Source: Takakia lepidozioides
Lineage: Eukaryota; Plantae; Bryophyta
DNA length: 64,000 bases
Reading direction: 5' to 3'
Assembly: GCA_030704615.1 (NCBI GenBank)
Contig: CM060731.1
Coordinates: forward strand, 22,878,001-22,942,000
The notes beneath the pieces are model-generated. The model was given only the letters and a program-made list of their open reading frames with translations. It did no database searches and was not told the DNA's origin. Positions 52,231 through 61,667 of this stretch are shown in pieces (the first letter of the stretch is position 1; each line of letters begins with the position of its first letter). The translations under genes were made by a program, and so were the position numbers.

Positions 52231-54164
52231 GAGGGAAGTCTCGCATATTCTACAGTAGTTGGCAGGATGGATGGCTTGGACAAACTGGTGGAATCACAAG
52301 GATGTGACATGGCAGAATTAAAATTACAGATGCAGAGTATGATTGAGTACCAGAAAGCCATTGTGACCAGATTGGGGATTAATCTACCAGGCGCAGGACA
52401 AGTGATATCTACGATGGATACGTCTGCTGTGACAGTATCAAAATGTTTGGAATCCCAATTTCAGACGATAACTGGTGCTCACTCTAAGCCCTTATGTCTT
52501 CCTGTCACTGATGATCTTTTGAATTTGACCGAGCAGCAGCAGCAGGATACAGGGAAGGCCAGCTGTGAGGTACACGTGGAAATTCAGCCCTTGCCATGGA
52601 CAAAGGCAGTAGCAGTCTAGGGGGCAATGGTGACAGAGCCGCCGGGCACACCGGATTCTGGTATGCAGGTATGTGGGAGTTTAAATGGGGAGGAAGATGC
52701 AGACGGGGGCAAAACAAACAAGCAGGTTGCTTTAATTTCTCCTGCTCACATGTTGAAGCCAAATGTCAGTTTATTTCCTGGACCAACGAGGAAGCATTTA
52801 CTAATTCTGGACTTAAATGGTCTATTATGTGAATCTTTTCATTCTGCTAATGGGCCTGCATCCCTTCCCAAAGGTTTTGTGGGGAAGATGTGTGGCAAGA
52901 AGATGGTAGTTTTGAGACCATGCTGTTATGACTTTTTGCAAAAGTGTTTTGAACACTTTGAGGTGGCGGTGTGGTCTTGTTGCCAAGCTCGCAACTTCTT
53001 CCCAATGGTGGACCATATTTTTGCAGCCCACACTAACGTGGTTTTCTAGTGGGATGCCCTTCACTGTGACGAGGATCCAGTCCTCCCATGTCGTAAGGGG
53101 TCTGATTCAAAGCCATTATATTTCAAGAACTTGTCTACAGTGTGGGCAGACTGGCCAGAATGGACTTATGAGGACACTGTTCTTGTTGATGACACACCAA
53201 GAAAGGCGGCAAACAATCCTCCCTTCAGTGGGATTTTTCCAGAGCCATGGAAGGTGCAACCAGATTCACCAACTGATGAGTATCTAACAGAGGTGTTGTG
53301 GCCTTTCTTGTGGAAGGCATCGAAAGCTGCCAGTATTCCCAAGTTTTTGGAGTCTCAGCCTGTTTTCAGACAACAACCATACAACACTGCTACTGTGAAG
53401 GTACAAACATTCTGACAATGCTCCAGAGGCTACAATTTTGTGGGTTCATTCATTGCATTGCTTTCCTGGATGCTTCTCCTCGGTTGCTTGATTAATGCTA
53501 GGTTTTCTTTGCAGCTTTTCATGTTGGCTTTTTTTGTTTGATTCATACTTGGATTTTGTTTCTATTCACTATTCATGTTTGCTCATTGTTTTCCTGGTTG
53601 TTCTCTGGTCTGTGACACAGGAACTTGTGACAAACAAAGGTGATATTGTCGACAAGCCGGTACAGATGAGGGGCAAGAGTGTCGACCCGGCGAGTAGCCC
53701 CCCAAAAGAGGTCTCACCACCACTGGAGACTGCAAATGGAGTAAGTCCAGGCCGTTGTCTTGTTTGTTTTATTTTTTCCAACCTTGGGGCTCTCTTTAAT
53801 TCGCAAATGTTGAGTGTCCTAGTCGTGTGTATGTCATGGGTTTTCACATCGTGTTCTTTTTTGTGTGGAGTTGGGATCACAGTTCAGGGTGGGTGACGAA
53901 GTTCGGCTGTTGGATGTGAACTCCAAACGCAAGAAATGTGGAGTAGGGCTGATTGTTGCTCTTGAAGGTGCTGTGGTGAGTTACGGGTACCCTGCTGTGC
54001 CCCTTGATTATGTCTGTGTGTACATCAAAGAGGCATGTGTCAATAACACCCCTCTACCATATGTGAATGGTGTTAGGAAACAGACCGAGTTGGGGCAGGT
54101 GATTGGCCAGACAACACTTTGGAGTCTAAAGTTACTGAAACTTATGGAGCTGCGGAAGGGATAG
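52231..54164 (+). pseudogene. CACTA TnpA-like ORF fused to an FCP1/SCP (NIF-type HAD) phosphatase-like domain; two in-frame TAG stops
   Basis: Exons 52231-53400, 53621-53740 and 53883-54164 splice in phase 0. They encode a coiled coil, then KHLLILDLNGLL..VVLRPCCYDFLQKCFEHFEVAVWS..VF*WD..KPLYFKNLSTVW..DTVLVDDTPRKAANNP, then a Tnp1/En/Spm-like C-terminal domain (FRVGDEVRLL..VCVYIKEA..TPLP..LGQVIGQTTLW). TAG at 52618 and 53047. Confidence 0.78.
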
Positions 54165-55220
54165 TCAGTATTGCACTGTCTAACAGAGTTCTTGATTCTA
54201 ATAGCACTAGAATATACTAGCTACAACAATTCAACCCATGTGTGGGCTTGCTTGTTTTTGGTTGGGCCTTTTGAGGCATGGATTTTTTGACCTTGTGGCT
54301 TTTGAGGTGTCCATTGGGACATTGGTCTCATTTGGATTTTTGTAATGTGATTTATAGGGCTTGTATTGCCCTGTAGTTGACTATTTTCATTCTCCTTGTG
54401 GTTGATAGTATGCAGGAGGGATCCATTCTGTTTTCATGTTGGAATTTCACCATGTAATGAAGATTTTAAATCATTTAATTCACTTTCATTTTAAATAATA
54501 ATATTAAAAATAATACCATTAAAAAAAAATCCAAGGCTGCAATCTCCCTATTCTTTTAAATATTAAATGAAAACTAAAAAATAAAATATGAACATTAAAA
54601 ATATAAACTATTTCGGAAAACAATCTTGATGACACGTGGCATCACTCTTGCTCAAACCAGAACACGTGGCAGTATATGACACGACATTCTTTATCCATAT
54701 TTTCACCACGTGTAAAGATCCGTAGTCATATATGCTAGTCATATATTTTGTCTGTGTGCCACATGTCACATCTCAAGTGCAACAGGTGTCCCGCTAACAA
54801 CTCTCCATGTAGACATCCCTGTAGTCATATGAGCGAGTCATGTAGTCACCACGTGTGAAATCTGCCATAGCACACGTGTCCCGCTAGCGCCTCTCCATGT
54901 AGGCATCACTGTGCAGACATGTAGTCATATGATCATGGCAAGAAGTCGTGACATGTCAAATTCGCAGTGGCGCACGTGTCCATCCGTCGCCTCTCCATGT
55001 AGGCATCACTTTGCAGACATATAGTCATATGATCCCCTAACGAATGCATGACGTGTCGCTTGCGCAGTGGCGCACGTGTCCCGCTGAAGCCTCTCCATGT
55101 AGGCAGCGCTCAACAGACAATGTAGTCATATATTAGTCATATAGTTGTGACTGCAACCCTCTCTGCAGCAGGACTCCAGGTGCCACGCAAGCAGTCACGG
55201 ATATGACTTGTAAAACGCAG
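54165..55220 (+). mobile_element. Right arm (3' UTR and subterminal repeats) of a CACTA element, terminal ~120 bp including the TIR missing
   Basis: Colinear with 60729-61547 of the intact CACTA. Four ~90-100 bp subterminal units (CACGTGTC..CTCTCCATGTAG..TAGTCATAT) at 54780-55140. Confidence 0.85.
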
Positions 55221-56963
55221 TACATGTTAACAAGGACATTGTCCAAGTTAATATATAACACAACCCCAGCTTTGTTAATATCAACATGGACCCGCGTGCC
55301 CTTGTCCAAGGCCCCTAGACTGGCACATGCATTGACAACAGAAACGAACGTGACCCTGTTCGGTGTCATCGCATCCAGTTCCATTTGCTTGTATCTTGAA
55401 AGCCTCTTCAGCATAGCCATGCTCAGCATATCATGTAATCATGGCATTCCATGAGATCACATCTCGTCCAGGCATTTTGTCGAAAACCTGACGTGCATCT
55501 TTTCCGCTCCCACATTTGGCGTCAAGAAGGCTGTTCTCCACTTTAATATCCTGCAATCATTGCACTCCATGAGGACTTCACCACTTCCCCCATCATTTGT
55601 TCATAGGTCTCCAAAGCCTCCATCATGTGCCCCTGCTGTGCATACCCTGCAAGCATAGCGTTCCACGACACCACATTTCTTTCAACCACAGTGTTGAAAA
55701 CTCCCTTCACATCCTCGATCCACCCACATTTGGCATATGTCCATCAGGGCAGTGTTCAGGATGAATCTGGTGCAATTCCAGCATTGACGATGTCACCACG
55801 GACCTCTTTCCCATTTTCCAGGACTCCCAGGTTTGCACACACATTGCAACCTTGGTACAATTCCAGCTTTGATGATGTCACCATGCACCCTTTGCCCTTT
55901 TCCAGGGCTGCCACGCTTGCACAAGCATTGCAAACGCACACAAACGTGATGTGGTCGCACTTCACCCCTTATCCATCATTTGCTCATAGGTCTCCAAGGC
56001 CTCCAACCCGCGCCCCTGCTGTGCATATCCTGCAAGCATGGCATTCCATGACACCAAATCTCGTTCAGCCATACTGTTGAACACTTCATCCGCATCTTTA
56101 ATGCACCCACATTTGGCATACATGTCCACGAGGGTATTGTTCAGAATCACATCTGGTACAATTCCAGCTTTGGCGATGCAACCATGCACCTCTTTGCCCT
56201 TTTCCAGGGCTGCCAGGCTTGCATACGAACTACAAACGCACACAAACGTGATGTGGCTTCACCCCTTCCCCCATCATTTGCTCATAGGTCTCCAAAGCCT
56301 CCATCCCACGTCCCTGCAAGCATCGCGTTCCACGACACCACATCTTGTTCAGCCATTTGAAAACTCCCTTCACATCCTTCTTGAACCCACATTTGGCATA
56401 CATGTCCACCAGGGCAGTGTTCAGGATGACATCTGGTACAAATCCAGCTTTGACGATGTCACCACGGACCTCTTTCCCCTTTTCCAGAGCTCCCAGGCTT
56501 GCACACGCATTGCAAACACAAACAAATGTGATGTGGTTGGGCTTCACCCCTTCGTGCAACATTTGCTCCTAGATCTCTAAAGCCTCCATCCCGCACCCTT
56601 ACTGTGCATATCCTGCAATCATCGCACTCCACGACACAACATCTCGTTCAGCCATACTGTCGAACACTCCCTTCATACATGTCCACAAGGGTATTGTTCT
56701 GAATGACATTTTGTACAATTGCAGGTCTGACAATGCACCCACATTTGGCATACCTGTCCGCCAGGGCAGTGTTCAGAATGACATCTGATACAATTCCAGC
56801 TTGGACAATGTCACCACAGACCTCTTTCCCCTTTTCCAGAGCTCCCAGGCTTGCACACGCATTGCAAACACAAACAAATGTGATGTGGTCGGGCTTCGCC
56901 CCTTCGCGTAACATTTGCTCCTAGATCTCTAAAGCCTCCATCCCGCACCCTTGCTGTGCATAT
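55221..56963 (-). pseudogene. Degenerate PLS-class PPR repeat array, part distal to the CACTA insertion
   Basis: P (DLVSWNAMLAGYAQQGRGLEALETYEQM), L (DHITFVCVCNACASLGALEKGKEVHG) and S ([16 protein letters not shown]) motifs with many frameshifts and deletions. No E or DYW domain seen. Confidence 0.9.
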
Positions 56964-59366
56964 CACTACAAGAAATGAGCGTTTTTAGGACTACGGCTTT
57001 GGCGGAGTCATAAAAACTGCACTAGGTATACGACTACAGACCGCTGAAATGCGTTGCAATCATAGTTTTATCACTCTATAGTAATGGATATCACTACATG
57101 ACTCTGGAAAGTTAGGGAGCATTGGTCAAACATTGTTGACCACGATGACAGGGATGGTTTATATGATTAGTGTGTTATGTTTGACTACACGTGGACGACG
57201 TTTCATGGAATCTTATGACTCCATGATTGAAGATGGTTTCACAGCTCTAATTATATGACTACATCACTACACGTGTCATTTTGAAGCCACATACACGAAT
57301 GTATTCATCCATTGGATGAGTTCATCCACAACATGACATGGCATGTAAACTTATGACTGCCTAAGTGCAGGTTGTTTCATAACCCTATATATATGACTAC
57401 ATCACTACACGTGTCATTTTAAAGGCATTTATATGATTCTATTACTACACATGTCATTTTGAAGGCATATACATGAATGGATCCATCCATTGGATGAGCT
57501 TATCCATCCATTGGATGAGCTTATCCATCCATGTTTACCACAAATTCCTATCAGCTTTGAATATGTGTGGGGATTTGATATCTGTTCAATAAATTGGACC
57601 TGGATGGACGTGGCTTAACAAGCATCACAAGATATATGAGATTAAGATACGCAATGGTCATGGTTGTACATGGAAATTATTTTGAATCGATAGATTGTAT
57701 AAGATCTAACGATCTAGATTGTTTAAGATCTAACGGTTTAAGATTAGGTATATCGAACTTCATGAGCAAATTCGCTTAAATCTGGGCTGAGAGTTTTGGC
57801 AGATGCAACAATAGAAGGGGATGATGATGGTAGTAGGATTTTAGCCTATGACCACTAGAATTAATCAAAGTGCAAAAAGTTAATTTTTTTTCAAAAAGTT
57901 GCTTATAGGGTTTGCAAAAGGTTAAAAAAAATCAAAAAGTTGCTTATAGGATTCCCTGAACAAAGGCCTGGGATTTGGGCTTTTTTTTTTCTCCTGCGCC
58001 TGCGAGAGATGTTGTGTCATGGAACGTGATGATGCTGGAGCGTGGGATGGAGGTTTTGCAGACCTACCCACTCTTGAGCAAATGAAAGAGAAGAGGAGGA
58101 GGAGACGATACAGCTCTGACATCATCCGACATCTCTCGTCATCTCGTCGAGGAGGAGAAGCTCCCAATATTCTTGCGAGCTCGCCGTTTTTGGGAGAGAG
58201 ACGAGACGAGGAGAAGCTCGCCGTTCTTGGGAGAGTCAGCTTGGTCTTAGCAGGCCGTGTTTCAATCTCTGCCTGCTTAGCTGCACCGTGGTGGTTCGAT
58301 CTCACATTTCAATCTGACATCACCTGACTACAGACACAAGCAGCACACACAAGAGGTCCTTTTGGGTTGATGGTCGGTCAAATCCTCCATGGGTCATGAC
58401 ACAAGGTCAAGAACAATGTGGTGAGGGCACCTTCTTCTTCAACCTATTTCAGCCTGTTTTGCCCTCTCATCAGACTCGGCCCTGAGATGCATATTGAATC
58501 CTGTAAGTTAGCTTGTTGGGCGGATCTGTGGTGGTTTAGAGTGACTTTGACAAGTTGCTGCCGATGTAGCAGCAGGAAAGTATCCAAAAATAAGTAACAG
58601 AGATGAGGAGAAGCTTTGGAATGAACACTTTTCCGACCCCAGTCAATGGCGGGACAATGGAGACAAAAAGGTGAATGCCTGTTGGACTACTAGAGAGAAG
58701 CAGATGCAATTCAGAATTGGAACTACTGTAATAATTAGAGTTGGGGTGTTTGCTGGAAGAACTTCACGCCGTCAGTGTCAGCTGCTTACATCAAGTATTC
58801 ATGATTTGTACACAGGCAGGGATAGCTGAAGGACCAGGGATAGAGGTCCAGATTCATCCAAGAAGGCCGGATTTCAAACACAAGATTACTTTTGATTCCC
58901 TCTGGATCAGCAGCTACAAGACATCTGCTAATGAGAAGATGGTCTGCTAATGACGGCACCTTCTTCAACACATTTCACCCTGTTTTTCCCTCTTATCAGA
59001 ATCGGCCCTAAATTTTCATGTTGAATTCTGCAAGTTAGCTGGTTGAGTGAACATGGGATAGTTTGGAATGACTTTGACATGATACTGCCAATGTGACAAC
59101 ATGAAAGTATCCAAAAAGAGGTAACAGAGATGAGGAGAAGTTGTGGAATGAATACTTTTCTGACCCCAGTCAATGGTGGGACAACCGAGCCAAAAAGGTG
59201 AATGTCTGGCATGTTTTTGATCACCAGTCATGTTGCGATCCGAGGCCCTGTTGTCTTGGGTTGACATGCAGGGCAGTGCTGAAAGTCTGGCTTTCCGCTG
59301 TAAAAATAATGAACTTTTCATATTTTGGAGGTTGTGTGACCTGGTTGGGATTGCATCTTTGAGCAA

Positions 59367-59751
59367 GATCTTTCTACATGTTCAAGTGTGTGCCGGTTCC
59401 TACGAAGCATTGCATCTGATGAGGCCCTCTGGTGCAGGCTGTAAGTTTTCCTTCCAAAGCATTTTGTCCCCTTGGTTTTGCTGTCTAGGACTGTGATCAT
59501 GGCATTTATGCTTCTGATCTCGGCTGCCTCTGTTGGTCAACAGAGCTAAAGACCTAGATGGTTTTGTGGATTTTTTTCGGTTCTCAGGTACATGATGATC
59601 TTGTGGTGGTGGATACATCGGTTGCAGACCAAGTGACAGCATGGCGGCGCAGCCAAAGCATGACTGACGTATATGCTGGTGATCATTGGTGCTCTGGTAG
59701 AACCTGTACGTACCATCAAATTGGTGACGTTTTCTTGTGCGAGAAGACATG
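59367..59751 (+). pseudogene. Captured fragments of an SKIP31-like F-box gene (two exons with intron)
   Basis: DLSTCSSVCRFLRSIASDEALWCRL|GTAAGT (59367-59440; second half of an F-box) and TTCTCAG|VHDDLVVVDTSVADQVTAWRRS..HWCSGRTCTYHQIGDVFLCEKT (59588-59751). Both match my recollection of plant SKIP31. Confidence 0.72.
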
Positions 59752-59807
59752 TTCCTACCTATACTCAGACTTTGCCAACCTCCAATACTCAACCTTTGTG
59801 CACGGTT

Positions 59808-59992
59808 TAGATTTTGAACACTGCCCCTGCCCTGGTGGACATGTATGCCAAATGTGGGTGCATCGAGGATGCCAAGGGAGTGTTCAACACTATGGCTGAA
59901 CGAGATGTGGTGTCGTGGAGTGCGATGCTTGCAGGGTAGGGGGTGCGGGATGGAGGCTTTGGAGACCTATGAGCAAATGATGGGGGAAGGGG
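59808..59992 (+). pseudogene. Captured PLS-PPR fragment (S and P motifs) inside the Pack-CACTA
   Basis: [51 protein letters not shown]. Same subfamily as the flanking array but on the opposite strand. Confidence 0.9.
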
Positions 59993-61667
59993 GCTCGTTC
60001 TTCAATAGCACAGCGGCTACAAGTGGGTAGATGGTCAACTGGAAACAGCAGCGGCAACAGCACAATTCATAGAATAAGGTGCTGCTAATGAAGGTACCTT
60101 CTTCAACGTATTTCACCCTGTTTTCCCCTGCTATCAGAGTCGTCCCTAAATTTTCCTGTTGAATTCTGCAAGTTAGCTCGTTGGTGGATCTATGGTGGTT
60201 TTGGAGTGATTTTGACATGTTACTGCCAATGTGGTCGACATGAAAGTATCGAAAAATAGATAACAGAGACTTGAGGAGAAGCTCTGGAACGAATACGTTT
60301 CCGACCTCAGTCAATGGTGGAACAATCGAGGCAAAAGGTGAATGTTTTTTGGAAGCAGACGTAAGTCAGCATAGGAACTAGTGTGATAAGTAGGGTTGGG
60401 GTGTTTGCTCAAGCAATTCTAGGCTATCATTCTCAGCTGCTAGCAGCAAGGCGAGGATGTATGCATGATTTGTGCAGGGGCATGGATAACTGAAGGAGCA
60501 TGGATAGAGTGTGGGTCCAGATTCATCCAAGAGGGCCGGATTTCAAGCTCCAGATTACCTATGATTCCCTGTGGAAGGATAGGTACAAGAAACTTGCATG
60601 GGTCGATGGTCAACTGGAAGCCGCAGCAACAGCGACACAATTGATCAAATCAGGCACTGTTAATCAAGGCACCTTCTTCAACACATTTTATCCTATTTTT
60701 CTCTCTTATCAGAATTGGCGGTATCAAGAAGTATTGCACTGTTTAACAGGGTCCTTGATTCTAGTAGCACCAGAACAAACTAGTACTACAACCCATGTGT
60801 GTGGGCTTGCTTATTTTTTGCTTACTGGGCCTTTTCAGGCATGGATTTTTGGACTTTGTGGCCTTTGAGGTATCCATTGGGACAGTGGTCTCATTTGGAT
60901 TTTTGTAATATAATTTACAGGGCGTGTATTCCCCTGTACTTGTCTATTTTGACTGTGATTGTGGTTGCTAGTATGCAAGAGGGGTCCATTCTGTTTTTAT
61001 ATCGGAATTTCACCATGTAATGAAGAATTTAAATCATTTAATCTATTTTATTTTATATAAAATTATTAAATTAAACAATAATACCATTTAATAAAAATTT
61101 CCAAGCTGCTATCCCCCTGTTTTTAAAAATAAAATATAAATTTAATAATTTAAAATTATAAATATAAACTATTAAGTTATTTTCAAAGAACATTCTTGAT
61201 GACACGTGGCATAAACCCTGCTCGAACTAGAATACGTGGCATTATATGACACGACATTCTTTTATCCATATTTTCACCATGTGTAAAGATAAGTAGTCAT
61301 ATATGCTAGTCATATATTCTGTCTAAGTGCCACATGTCACATCTGGAGTGCAACATGTGTTGTGACGTGTCGCTTGCGCAGTGGTGCACGTGTTCCTCTA
61401 GAGCCTCTCCATGTAGGCAACGCTCAGCAGACAATGTAGTCATATAGTTAGTCATATGTAAGTCATAAAGTTGTGACTACATCACTCTCTTATGCATGAC
61501 TCTAGGTGCCACGCACGCAGTCACGGCTATGACTTGCAAAACGCAGTCCTAAAGACTAGTCGCTATGACAGGGTTTTTTTCACTACAGAGTGATGTAGTC
61601 ATGAACGCATATAGAACTGAAAAAATAGTCATATGTGCAGTCATAAAAACGCTCATCTGTTGTAGTG

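Larger units (their letters stand above)
58320..60668 (+). pseudogene. Captured exons of an OSB-like (organellar ssDNA-binding, PDF-motif) gene, about four repeat units
   Basis: PDYRHK..LWVDGRSNPPWV (58320-58420, frameshifted); DEEKLWNEHFSDPSQWRDNGDKK|IHPRRPDFKHKITFDSLWI (58600-58920); LWNEYFSDPSQWWDNRAKK (to 59197); third A exon to 60337 | IHPRGPDFKLQITYDSLW..AWVDGQL (60521-60668). Introns are retained. Confidence 0.82.
56964..61667 (+). mobile_element. Complete non-autonomous Pack-CACTA (En/Spm) transposon, 4704 bp
   Basis: TIRs CACTACAAGAAATGAGCGTTTTTA / TAAAAACGCTCATCTGTTGTAGTG. 3-bp TSD TAT at 56961-63 and 61668-70. The flanks rejoin to match the uninterrupted paralog at 56590-56640. 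ATGACTA/TAGTCAT subterminal motifs are inverted between the arms. Confidence 0.96.

Noticed and set aside
52618-53049. In-frame TAG codons as U-to-C RNA-editing sites
   Set aside because: Reverse editing in hornworts and ferns is organellar. This is a nuclear, spliceosomal-intron-containing transposon ORF, so mutation is the simpler explanation.
54780-55140. Regularly spaced repeats resembling a CRISPR array (also 51795-52165)
   Set aside because: Eukaryotic context, no cas genes, degenerate repeats with related spacers. They are CACTA subterminal or leader repeats.
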